Of a stretch of DNA of 64,000 bases, positions 39,710-48,920 are shown piece after piece. A model generated the notes under the pieces. The model made no database searches. It worked only from the letters and a program-made list of their open reading frames with translations, and was not told the origin of the DNA. The stretch comes from an uncultured Parachlamydiaceae bacterium. GTDB lineage: Bacteria; Chlamydiota; Chlamydiia; Chlamydiales; Parachlamydiaceae. Where the stretch lies: positions 544,001 to 608,000 of the forward strand of contig CAVULX010000004.1 of NCBI GenBank assembly GCA_963742415.1, read 5' to 3'. The translations under genes were made by a program, and so were the position numbers. How positions within the stretch are numbered: the first letter of the stretch is position 1; each line of letters begins with the position of its first letter.

Positions 39710-39712
39710 AAG

Positions 39713-40117
39713 TTATCTTTTTTTGAAATCGGCGAAAGATATAGTTAAGCTAGGACATTTTTTAAGAATTTCCTTATCTTCTGTTACAACTACTGTGCTA
39801 AAATTAATAGCTAATGTTATAAAATGGGCGTCATAAACGGAGATTTTGCATTGCATTGAGATCTCTAATGCTTTTTTAGTGTCTACGATGATTTCGTGAT
39901 TTTTTAATTCATCCACAATACATTCAAAATGATGAATGATCTCTTCAGGAGTTCGATGTTCTTTTCTAGCCATTTTCGATAAGACATTTGCGTATTCTGT
40001 TCTCCAAAGTGGAGGGAAAATCCAGTTTGGGTCTTTGGCTAAAATTTCTTGGGCGCTGGATGTTAAGGTTGATTCATTAAAAAGATGGAATATTAAGCAA
40101 GTATCAGCAACAATCAC
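39713..40117 (-). CDS. vapC: PIN-domain toxin (VapC)
   Basis: MIVADT, PPLWRTEYANVL, SVYDAHFITLA, VVTED. Confidence 0.9.
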   Translation of the reverse strand: MIVADTCLIFHLFNESTLTSSAQEILAKDPNWIFPPLWRTEYANVLSKMARKEHRTPEEIIHHFECIVDELKNHEIIVDTKKALEISMQCKISVYDAHFITLAINFSTVVVTEDKEILKKCPSLTISFADFKKR

Positions 40118-40347
40118 TTCCGCCCCTCTTTGATTGCTTTTTCAATAAATTCATTGGAAACTTTTTTCTTCCACTTAAAGGGAATTGGTTTTCTCACAGG
40201 GCTTTGCAAAGATAAGCCGTTAGTAAGAGCCACTATTGCTTCTTGAGTTTTACTACGATGATGTTCTTTTGCGGCTTTTTCTAACTGCAAATATATTTCA
40301 ATAGGCACATTTCTTATTAAAAGGTCCCGCGTTTGTTTCTGCTTCAT
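40114..40347 (-). CDS. Ribbon-helix-helix antitoxin (FitA-like)
   Basis: LLIRNVP...LEKAAKEHHRS; 4-nt overlap with vapC; AGGAG RBS. Confidence 0.8.
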   Translation of the reverse strand: MKQKQTRDLLIRNVPIEIYLQLEKAAKEHHRSKTQEAIVALTNGLSLQSPVRKPIPFKWKKKVSNEFIEKAIKEGRK

Positions 40348-40366
40348 AAAAAACTCCTTTGCATTA

Positions 40367-40385
40367 TGATATCATTTTGATATCT
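40367..40385. promoter_or_regulatory. Candidate antitoxin operator
   Basis: TGATATCA-TTT-TGATATCT palindromic half-sites 20 nt upstream of the antitoxin start. Confidence 0.5.
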
Positions 40386-40561
40386 TTAATAACAAGAAAA
40401 TTGCTTCTAGATAGGGTCTTGTTCAATTTTTCCATTGAACCTGATTAGATCGCCACCGTTATCAAATTTTTTTATTTTTTCACTTTCTTCTTTTTGCCCC
40501 TTACGTTATACATCAATTTTATTTTTTAAGTTTTCTCAAAACAAACACAGGAAGCTGCCCT

Positions 40562-41842
40562 ATGTTGAACAACATTTTTCGTCTATCACTCCTTAGTATT
40601 TTGTGCTGCCAGGGCCTCTTTGCCGATAACATGGAACCAGACAAGCGGCCTGGAAATCAGCCACCTCAGCCACAATTCCAAGTTCAAACGCAACCTCCTC
40701 CATCATTTCAACAAAGTAATGTGAAATTAAATGCTTGGGGCTGCACCCCCGATTGTAAGTGCGGTTGCAACGAAGGGAAACCTTGTACGTGTAATAACAG
40801 ACGTCCTGAGGCCTATTCAGATTATTCTTACGATGGCTATTCAAACAGCTACGATGCTTATGATAATAATGACGATGGGTATGGTGATTATTCGGAGAAT
40901 GTTTGGCATTCCCCTGAAGGTGGATATCGGGGATGCCGCTATGTCGTCCCGGATAGCTATTATTCCGAACATCTTCACTGCAATTGCGCCCCTCCTCCCT
41001 ACTTTCATGTCCCCCCTTTTGATCGGATTGTCGCGGAAGAGTGTGGCTTATGCGGTTTATGGCTGCCGGAAGAAGCTGTTATTTTCCGACCGCTCATTGC
41101 GGATCCTCGCCAAATTACATATTCTGTCGGATGGCGATTCGATGACCAGGTTCTTGTGAGAAATGTGATCGATGTCAGCTTTGGGGATTATCTCCCCATT
41201 TATCGATGGTTTAAGGTTTGGCCTTGGTGCGGCGACCTCCAAATCGACTTAGAGGGCGCTCTTTGGGCCACCTTTGACCCGCTGCACAATTCTTCCCCTT
41301 TGATCAATGCCGACTATTATGGAGGCCTTTCTGTAAGTTACGGTTTTGACTTGTGGGAGTTTCGTTTTCGCGCCTACCATATTTCTTGCCATATTGGGGA
41401 CGAGTTTCTTCTTAACCATCCAGGCTTTGACCGGCGGAATGCAAGCTCTGAATTTGTCGATTTCTATATATCCTGGGACTGGACGCCTGAGATCCGCCTC
41501 TATTCAGGCATTGGGTACACAGTGCGTGAAGATGAAGAATTTCACACGGGAAGATTATTTGGAGCTATTGGCACAGAAGTGAGGATGAATTGTCTTGGAT
41601 TCACAGACTGGTGCAATCAACTCTATGGAGAGCCTTTCTTGGGGATGCATTTTAGATACAATAAAAACTTTAAACACCATATCGATGCGACCTATGTTTT
41701 GGGCTATGAATGGGGGAAGCTGTGCGGACTTTGCCGCAAGCTGCGCATATTCCTTGAATATCACGATGGGTATTCGCTTGAAGGGCAGTTTCAAAAACTT
41801 GCGACCAATTATTTCAGCATTCGAGCCTCCTACGGTTTTTGA
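40562..41842 (+). CDS. DUF1207 family chlamydial exported/outer-membrane protein
   Basis: FRPLIADPRQ, LINADY, RFRAYHISCHIGDEF, EYHDGYSLEGQF, terminal YGF. Confidence 0.8.
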   Translation: MLNNIFRLSLLSILCCQGLFADNMEPDKRPGNQPPQPQFQVQTQPPPSFQQSNVKLNAWGCTPDCKCGCNEGKPCTCNNRRPEAYSDYSYDGYSNSYDAYDNNDDGYGDYSENVWHSPEGGYRGCRYVVPDSYYSEHLHCNCAPPPYFHVPPFDRIVAEECGLCGLWLPEEAVIFRPLIADPRQITYSVGWRFDDQVLVRNVIDVSFGDYLPIYRWFKVWPWCGDLQIDLEGALWATFDPLHNSSPLINADYYGGLSVSYGFDLWEFRFRAYHISCHIGDEFLLNHPGFDRRNASSEFVDFYISWDWTPEIRLYSGIGYTVREDEEFHTGRLFGAIGTEVRMNCLGFTDWCNQLYGEPFLGMHFRYNKNFKHHIDATYVLGYEWGKLCGLCRKLRIFLEYHDGYSLEGQFQKLATNYFSIRASYGF

Positions 41843-41912
41843 TTTATGTTGAAGGGATAAGGGCACAGGGATTATTCTCTGTGCTTATTTCTAATCATGG
41901 CAATGTAGTTTA

Positions 41913-42791
41913 ATGATGACACCGCCGCAAAAAGAACTTCAGGAAAAAGATTTTATCAATAACGGATGGCCAAAAGGGTCGTCTCCGTTATGGATTTGGC
42001 TCTGCGTTATTGCTGCCTTAGCAGCTTTGTTTTGGGGTGGTGGGGCCTGGGTCTCTTCACTGTGGTCAAAGAAGATCGCTGCAAGCCCTTTTCTTCAGGT
42101 TACAAATCGGCAATTTTCTGTTTTTCTATGGCAATTTCCAGAACATATGAGGGTAAATGCTTCGAGTAAGAGCGGTTATTTGCCCGGTTTTCAATACCAA
42201 GACAAAATCAGTGCATTTCCTTCTGAAGCTGACCAATATGCCGTGGCGCCTCCGGAAATTATTTTTCTCTATCATACTTGGAAACGTCAAATTGGGGATC
42301 AATATATAGCGGGGGAGATCCCCAAAGGAGAATTTCTTCAATTCCTTGAATATGATGAGGAATGGCTTCCTAAATACTGGCCTCAGGCTCCAAAAAGATA
42401 TATTGAACTCATTGAAGAGCTTCCTAAGAATGGGGAGCTGGGTGACTTGAATATATTGCCGGAATCCACTTTGCCGAGAGAAGTCAAGCAAGCCTTTCAA
42501 GGTTGGAAGAATTATTTTAAAGAAGGGGTCGCCATTAATCAATATAGACCTACTTACCAAGATGTGCAGCTATTTGTAAAAAAATATCCCAACTATACAC
42601 GCAATTTTTGGCGCAATATTGTGGAGAAAACAACCCCTCAATATCTCTCTCTCCTCAGCACAGGTGATTTTCAAATAGGTGATGAAGTGCCCTTAGAAGA
42701 ATTGGCCCCTTTTCTTAGAGTAGCCTTATATAACTTTATGAAAGGGCGGTCCAAAAATCATGCAGGGACGGAAACAAAACCATCTTCATAA
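41913..42791 (+). CDS. Conserved hypothetical membrane-anchored protein
   Basis: N-terminal TM; PFLQVTNRQFSVFLWQFPEHMR, ARN-like YTRNFWRN. Confidence 0.7.
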   Translation: MMTPPQKELQEKDFINNGWPKGSSPLWIWLCVIAALAALFWGGGAWVSSLWSKKIAASPFLQVTNRQFSVFLWQFPEHMRVNASSKSGYLPGFQYQDKISAFPSEADQYAVAPPEIIFLYHTWKRQIGDQYIAGEIPKGEFLQFLEYDEEWLPKYWPQAPKRYIELIEELPKNGELGDLNILPESTLPREVKQAFQGWKNYFKEGVAINQYRPTYQDVQLFVKKYPNYTRNFWRNIVEKTTPQYLSLLSTGDFQIGDEVPLEELAPFLRVALYNFMKGRSKNHAGTETKPSS

Positions 42792-44875
42792 ACAGGACCA
42801 TTTTTGCCAATCGGCAAAGCGCCTTTGAAAAATTCAGAATACACCTTTAATCCTTGTTCAGCGCTTTGGACGCAAAAAAAGCAATTGCTGATCCATTCAG
42901 AGCCTTGGATTGTGCCTGTTTCCAAATTGCACCGGAAACGGGTGGAAATTTTTTTATGCCAATAGTCGACTTCTCCAAAAAGGAGAATAGGATAAGCTGG
43001 ACCCGCCCCAACCTTTCTACGAACCTCCTCAAGGCTAAATTCAAAATCAGTGCCGATTCCCCCCGTTAAAAAGATAGGAAAGTCTAAATTGAATTCCGCT
43101 TGCCGTTCGACAAGTTTATCCAATCGGTAGGTCATTTTGGCTTGGACATACGGGTTTTGCTTTTGCTCGTTCACGACCGATGTGTCTTTCTGTCTGAAAT
43201 CAATGATATTTGCGCAAGATAAAATATTGAGCTCTTTGGCGACACGATTGCCGACCTCCATAGCGCCTGGCCCTCCCCCGGTAACTAAAGCCAGGGGGGT
43301 ATCACCATGCAACAGGGGATGGTTCATCGAACTTCGCATCGAGAGAACCCCTTGCATTAAGGTGCGAAGCTCCTTTTCAAAGCGCCCTTCAAAAAGGTTG
43401 GAACCATAGATTCCGAAGACTGTAGACTTCATGTAGGTATCCACCTGCTTTAAGGGAACAAACATCCCTGCGTCCCTGTCGGGCTTTTGACAATATTGCA
43501 TCACGGTTCCACTGATCTGATCCACCCAAAAGACAGGGATTGCAAATTTCTCCAAATCGTGCAGCAAAGCACGATCCTCGGAAGAAAAAAAGCTTTGATG
43601 CGATTGGGAAGGATATTGGAAATAAATCCCTTTCATTCCCCTTTGAACTTGATCGCTTAAAAGCATCCGTTTCATAAGAGGGGAGGGGAAATAGCGTGTC
43701 AAGAGGATCCCTTGGCTCGAGATATAGCCATCATCAATATTTTTTAGAAAAGGGTAAGAGGGTTGATGCTCAATAAACCGCTCCACCATAAGAGCTTGCC
43801 GGGTTCCATGTGCCATCCCCGGGAATTCATGAAAGCGGGTTTCACGTATGACCCAATCTTCTGGTTTTAAATCGAGCAGTTGGGTTCCCTTAACTATAAA
43901 CACCGCCGTACCATTCTCTTCAGGTTTGGGCGCTGTAGCAAAAGCATTGAAAAGTACACTGTTGTCTTCGAGGCAAGTTTGCAGTTGATCGCGGTCGGAA
44001 AAAAAGACGTGTTCCCGATAGGGCTCTAATGTGTAAAACTCTAAGGGAATATCGGTTAATTCTCTTTTGCTCTTCCCATACAACTCATAGATGTCACCCG
44101 ATGCAGAGGTGTCAGGCTGCAGGATGCAGGCCGTAGTATGATGGTAGCCTTGTGAAAGGAGGTTGTTAACAACATGTCCAAAGACGGTTCTGATATGCAA
44201 TGGCAATGTACGGACAAGGAGAAGCTCATCTTCATCAATATTTCGAGGGAGATTTGGTTTCCATTCTTGGTGCAGGCGGAGAAGATCCCTCACACGTGAA
44301 TTGCTGACAAGGGCCTTAGCAAGCGTGGGAAGGAAGCCATGGATCGATTTGTCATAGACAACCCGTCCACTTTGCAATGTGAGGTAAGCGATCGTTCGGC
44401 CTTCAACTTTGTCGAGGATCAAATCGTTGCTTCCATGAAGCCCTCCAAGGGAAAGCAAAGGCTTTCCCCAACGGTCAGACCTGCCAAACATGCGGGATAA
44501 GTATTCCGGATCCCGAACGCGCCGCCGTTCATCGGCTGCAAATAATCGGCCAATGTAGGCGCCTACGGTAAGATAGTTTAAAAGTTCAATGGCTAAGGGA
44601 GAGATAGCCCTTAGATCGACTTTGACTTGTGCACATCTATTTTTTTGATCCAATTCATAGTTGAGGCCTATTCCATCCAGGCCTATTTGGGCAATAGTAC
44701 TTTTAATGTTAAAAAATACATCTTCAAGAGGGATTTGAAAACCTACAAATTTGGAGGGGATATTTTCAATGAAAATTGTAGCTTCGGCCGTTTTTTCAGA
44801 CGTTTTGATCAGGTTGGTGATGGTTCCGTCAGGAGTCACGAGATCATAATTTTTTAAATCTAAAAAAGTTTCCAT
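42758..44875 (-). CDS. Large protein with a C-terminal LOG/lysine decarboxylase-like domain
   Basis: FGIYGS, LVTGGGPGAMEVGN, LVERQ, GGIGTDFE. Confidence 0.8.
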   Translation of the reverse strand: METFLDLKNYDLVTPDGTITNLIKTSEKTAEATIFIENIPSKFVGFQIPLEDVFFNIKSTIAQIGLDGIGLNYELDQKNRCAQVKVDLRAISPLAIELLNYLTVGAYIGRLFAADERRRVRDPEYLSRMFGRSDRWGKPLLSLGGLHGSNDLILDKVEGRTIAYLTLQSGRVVYDKSIHGFLPTLAKALVSNSRVRDLLRLHQEWKPNLPRNIDEDELLLVRTLPLHIRTVFGHVVNNLLSQGYHHTTACILQPDTSASGDIYELYGKSKRELTDIPLEFYTLEPYREHVFFSDRDQLQTCLEDNSVLFNAFATAPKPEENGTAVFIVKGTQLLDLKPEDWVIRETRFHEFPGMAHGTRQALMVERFIEHQPSYPFLKNIDDGYISSQGILLTRYFPSPLMKRMLLSDQVQRGMKGIYFQYPSQSHQSFFSSEDRALLHDLEKFAIPVFWVDQISGTVMQYCQKPDRDAGMFVPLKQVDTYMKSTVFGIYGSNLFEGRFEKELRTLMQGVLSMRSSMNHPLLHGDTPLALVTGGGPGAMEVGNRVAKELNILSCANIIDFRQKDTSVVNEQKQNPYVQAKMTYRLDKLVERQAEFNLDFPIFLTGGIGTDFEFSLEEVRRKVGAGPAYPILLFGEVDYWHKKISTRFRCNLETGTIQGSEWISNCFFCVQSAEQGLKVYSEFFKGALPIGKNGPVYEDGFVSVPA

Positions 44876-45368
44876 TACCTATCCAGTAGTGTGTCGTATG
44901 TTCATTTTACATCAGGCTTTTATTTTTATGGATGCAAACTTTCATCGAGCAAGTGTACGTTAAATGTACGCTAGTATTCATAACTCCTTGACCTTATAAA
45001 GGATATTTCTGTGGATCTTTTGTTTATTAGTTGGGGATAAAATTATTTTTTTATAAGATGATGTTTAACAATGAGAAATAAAGAAAGTTCCAAGAGTTGT
45101 TTTTTATTTAAGTTTAAGTAATTGAATACAAACCATTTAAAAAAACGTCCACCCGAAGGATATAAATAAAAAAATATAAACTAAATTTTAAAATAAAGAA
45201 ATTAAACAGCGCTTTGTTTTGTTCATAACTGGTCAATACAGAAGCAAATAATAGGGGGTGACATTCCAAATTTTGCAAAATTGATGTTTAATCCTTTTGC
45301 GAAAATTTTTCATCTGCCATAATCGTTCATTTCCTACTTTTTTACGCCTATCTGGTATAAGGCAGCTT

Positions 45369-46262
45369 ATGGAAGCTATAAAAAAAATATCTCGCAGTGC
45401 CGGCACTCATCATGGCACTTTCCATGCCGACGAAGTAACCGCGTGTGGATTGTTGTTGCTTTTCAATCTTGTGGACCGGGATAAAATCATCCGCACAAGG
45501 GATCCCGCGATTCTGAGCACATGTGAATATGTTTGTGATGTGGGTGGGATATTCGATCCCTCCAAAAAACTCTTTGATCATCACCAACATGAATATGAAG
45601 ACAATTTGAGCAGCGCAGGCATGGTGTTGTTATTTCTTAAACAAACAGACATCCTCACTCAGCATGCTTATGATTTTTTCAATAATTCTCTTATCATAGG
45701 CGTTGATGCCCATGACAATGGACGCGATCCCCAAATTCCCGGTTTATGCACGTACTCTCATGTGATTTCCAACTTTACCCCTATCCAGCATGACGCCGAT
45801 GCAAAAACACAGGATGCCGCTTTTTTCGAAGCTTTGGATTTTGTTACCAATCATTTACGGCGCCTTTGGCAACGGTATCAATATATCCAATCATGCCGTC
45901 AAATTGTTGCAAATGCGATGGCAAAAGACACTTTTTGTTTAATGTTCACTCAAGCCATCCCCTGGATGGATATTTTCTTTGAATTGGATGGGGTTCACCA
46001 TCCTGCAAAATTTGTCATCATGCCATCCGGCAACCATTGGAAGTTGCGCGGCATCCCTCCCACCATCTCGGACAAAATGAAAGTACGCTTTCCGTTGCCG
46101 CAAGAGTGGGCCGGTTTGTTGGATGAGGAACTCAAAAAAGTTTCGGGAATTCCTGGCGCTATATTTTGCCACAAAGGGCGTTTTATTTCTGTTTGGGAAA
46201 CCCGAGAGGATGCAATTAAAGCCCTAGAGTATACAATGAAACTAGTCAAGGAGAGGCAATGA
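45369..46262 (+). CDS. MYG1 (UPF0160) family exonuclease
   Basis: GTHHGTFHADE, RTRD, DVGG, FDHHQ, LSSAG, VDAHDNG, FCHKG; start moved to ATG 45369. Confidence 0.92.
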   Translation: MEAIKKISRSAGTHHGTFHADEVTACGLLLLFNLVDRDKIIRTRDPAILSTCEYVCDVGGIFDPSKKLFDHHQHEYEDNLSSAGMVLLFLKQTDILTQHAYDFFNNSLIIGVDAHDNGRDPQIPGLCTYSHVISNFTPIQHDADAKTQDAAFFEALDFVTNHLRRLWQRYQYIQSCRQIVANAMAKDTFCLMFTQAIPWMDIFFELDGVHHPAKFVIMPSGNHWKLRGIPPTISDKMKVRFPLPQEWAGLLDEELKKVSGIPGAIFCHKGRFISVWETREDAIKALEYTMKLVKERQ

Positions 46263-46594
46263 CCATTTTTTCAAAAATTATCAAGCGAGAATTGCCTGCT
46301 GAGGTTGTTTATGAAGATGACCAAGTCATTGCGATTAAAGATATAAATCCAAAAGCTCCTGTTCATCTCCTCATCATTAGCAAAAAGGAGATTCCCGATT
46401 TGCAATCTGTCTCGGCTGGCGATCTCCCTCTCGTCACTAAAATGATCACGGTAGCTCAAAAATTAGCGAGCCAGTTCAACATACAAAATGGATACCGTCT
46501 GTTGACGAATAATGGAGCCAAAGGGGGGCAAAAAATTTTTCACTTGCACTTCCATCTCCTTGGCGGTTGGAAGCAAGATTTGGATGACTTATGA
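46259..46594 (+). CDS. HIT family nucleotide hydrolase
   Basis: TIFSKII, DINPKAPVH, HLHFHLLGG. Confidence 0.95.
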   Translation: MTIFSKIIKRELPAEVVYEDDQVIAIKDINPKAPVHLLIISKKEIPDLQSVSAGDLPLVTKMITVAQKLASQFNIQNGYRLLTNNGAKGGQKIFHLHFHLLGGWKQDLDDL

Positions 46595-47145
46595 TCATTA
46601 ACCTTTCCCGTTTTTCCACAGCCCTTCTCATTGTTGATGTACAGGAAAAGTTATTTCCGTTGGTCGAACGGTATGTAGAGGTTAGAGGGGAAATGGAAAA
46701 AGTCATTCGGGGATTCCAAATTTTACAAATTCCAATTTACGTTTCAGAGCAATATCCCCGCGGACTTGGGGAAACAATTCCTGATATTAAAAATCTACTG
46801 GGACCTGCTCAATTTTACCTTTCAAAAACAACCTTTTCCTGCATGGGCGACAAAACAATTGAGGATATTTTGCTCTCTACAGGAATTTCTCAGTGGGTTT
46901 TAATAGGAATAGAAGCCCATGTGTGCATCCTGCAAACGGCAAAAGGATTGCTTGAAGCCGGCAAAGAGGTGGTGGTGCTTAACGATGCAATCTCTTCCAG
47001 ATCGATCTACGATTACTCCACTGCCATCGCGGAAATGCGCGATATGGGGATCCGTATCACCAGCTCTGAGACTGCCCTTTTTGAATTAATGCATGATGCT
47101 AAGGCTCCCGAATTTAAAGCCATTAGCGAATTAATCAAATCATGA
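46591..47145 (+). CDS. Isochorismatase family hydrolase
   Basis: LLIVDVQEKL, EQYPRGLG, KTTFSC, GIEAHVCILQT. Confidence 0.92.
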   Translation: MIINLSRFSTALLIVDVQEKLFPLVERYVEVRGEMEKVIRGFQILQIPIYVSEQYPRGLGETIPDIKNLLGPAQFYLSKTTFSCMGDKTIEDILLSTGISQWVLIGIEAHVCILQTAKGLLEAGKEVVVLNDAISSRSIYDYSTAIAEMRDMGIRITSSETALFELMHDAKAPEFKAISELIKS

Positions 47146-48893
47146 ATTTGCAAACCTTTTTCCCTTTTTTCTTTCCCCTGTTTTTAACTCTAATGTTTAT
47201 AAATTTGCCTATCTTTGGTGATGAGACCGAAGAAAATTGCGCGCGGGTGTATGCGCATTTGCAGTTGAAAGACTATCAAGCGGCCTGCGAAGAAGCCCGC
47301 GAAGCTTATACCCGGTTTCCCCATTCAAGAAATGTCTTGGAAGCCTATATCAAGGCGTTGGCAGTCTGTGGAAATGAATATGAGTTGCGGATAGTTTGGA
47401 ACCGATATATTTCATCCCATCCCCAAGCTTATGAAAATCGGGATCTCCTAGAAGCAATGGCATGGGGGATTATTGAATCAGGTTCCGTCTCGACTTCCCC
47501 CTTAATACGCGTTTTAGCCCTTTTGGGGGCCTACTTCGGGGAAGATGCGAAAGGAATTAACATTTTATGCCGCGATATGCGCGATCCAAATTCTTTAATC
47601 CGTGCCGCAGCGCTCAAGCTAGCTGGAAGTCTTCGAGATGCTAAAATTCAAGATGAAGTCAAGCGAATGCTCCAACAGGAAAAAAATTGGAATGTAAGAA
47701 TCGCCGCCATCAAAACAGCCGGCGAGATGAAAATCAAGGAAACAAAAGCGTTGCTGATGGCTATGGTGACTCAAGAAACAACCGGAACAGAAGAAAAGGT
47801 GGCGGCCATCCAAGCTTTAGTTTCCTTGGCTGACAATGTTGAACGGGATGAAATTAGGCATCTTGCAAGCGGCGGAAGAGCTAGCCTCCGCATGCTAGCC
47901 TGCGAACTCGTCGACTTTTTAACTCTAAACGATGATGTTGATCTCCTTTTCCATTTAGTCGATGATCACAATGCAGAAGTTCGAGCGCGTGTGTTGTATA
48001 CTTTAGGCCACCTTCGAGTTTCGTCGATTCATGGGCATCCTGTTGCTTCAACGTTTAAAAAAGCGCTTCGAGATAGGGATTCCAAAGTGGCGATCATTGC
48101 AGCTTGGGCCTTGACCCTTCAAGATTCTCAAGAAGGAAAAAATGCTTTCAAACCATGGCTTCAGCATGAGTCTAATGAAATAAAGCTCTTCGCGGCTGCG
48201 GCCTTGAGCAGTACCGGCGCATATGGTGTGCCTCTGATGCAAGAGGTTTTTCATAAGAGCAACGACCTTTATGTAAGAATCAATTTAGCTCTCGGCTTGA
48301 TTGGGCAACGTATGGACGTCGTGGAGGCATGTGAAGTCTTGAGCAAAGGGCTTCAAAACTCTAATGAAAGGTGGATGTGGGATGAGGATGAAATATTTAA
48401 AATCTTAGCTCCAAGCAAAATCAAATATGATGAATTAATTCCCAATTATCCCGAAACCATCAATCAATTAGTTCGCTTGGATATACTCAACATTTTAGCT
48501 GTCATGCGCTATCCAGGCGCACAAAATAGCATTAGGACCTTTTTGAAGGAAAAGAATTGGGGTATCACCGGTGTTGCCGCTGCGTTGCTTTTGACTGAAG
48601 GGGACGAGAATGCTTTAGACTTAGTTGAACCCCTTTTAAATGACTTAGATCTCAAAATACGTGTCCAAGCGGCTCTCATCTTGGCGATTTGGGGAGGAGG
48701 AGAGAAAGCGGTAGGGGTCTTGCAAGACGCCTATAGCCAAGTCGATCGGGAAACTAAAGAAAAAATATTGGAGGGGCTGGGAAGAATAGGCCTCCCTTCA
48801 ACGATCCCTTTCCTTACAGACAAGTTACAAGAGCCCTATCAATCTTTACGGATTATTGCTTCAGCTTCGTTATTACAATGCTTATATCATTAG
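47142..48893 (+). CDS. HEAT-repeat protein
   Basis: Repeated DPNSLIRAAA, NWNVRIAA, NAEVRAR, DLKIRVQAA helices. Confidence 0.85.
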   Translation: MNLQTFFPFFFPLFLTLMFINLPIFGDETEENCARVYAHLQLKDYQAACEEAREAYTRFPHSRNVLEAYIKALAVCGNEYELRIVWNRYISSHPQAYENRDLLEAMAWGIIESGSVSTSPLIRVLALLGAYFGEDAKGINILCRDMRDPNSLIRAAALKLAGSLRDAKIQDEVKRMLQQEKNWNVRIAAIKTAGEMKIKETKALLMAMVTQETTGTEEKVAAIQALVSLADNVERDEIRHLASGGRASLRMLACELVDFLTLNDDVDLLFHLVDDHNAEVRARVLYTLGHLRVSSIHGHPVASTFKKALRDRDSKVAIIAAWALTLQDSQEGKNAFKPWLQHESNEIKLFAAAALSSTGAYGVPLMQEVFHKSNDLYVRINLALGLIGQRMDVVEACEVLSKGLQNSNERWMWDEDEIFKILAPSKIKYDELIPNYPETINQLVRLDILNILAVMRYPGAQNSIRTFLKEKNWGITGVAAALLLTEGDENALDLVEPLLNDLDLKIRVQAALILAIWGGGEKAVGVLQDAYSQVDRETKEKILEGLGRIGLPSTIPFLTDKLQEPYQSLRIIASASLLQCLYH

Positions 48894-48920
48894 ACACACA
48901 CTCATAAAAGGATAGTAATT

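Noticed and set aside
44938..44965. Possible dif site (actttcatcga-gcaagt-gtacgttaaat)
   Set aside because: Only a partial XerD-arm match and the arms are not palindromic
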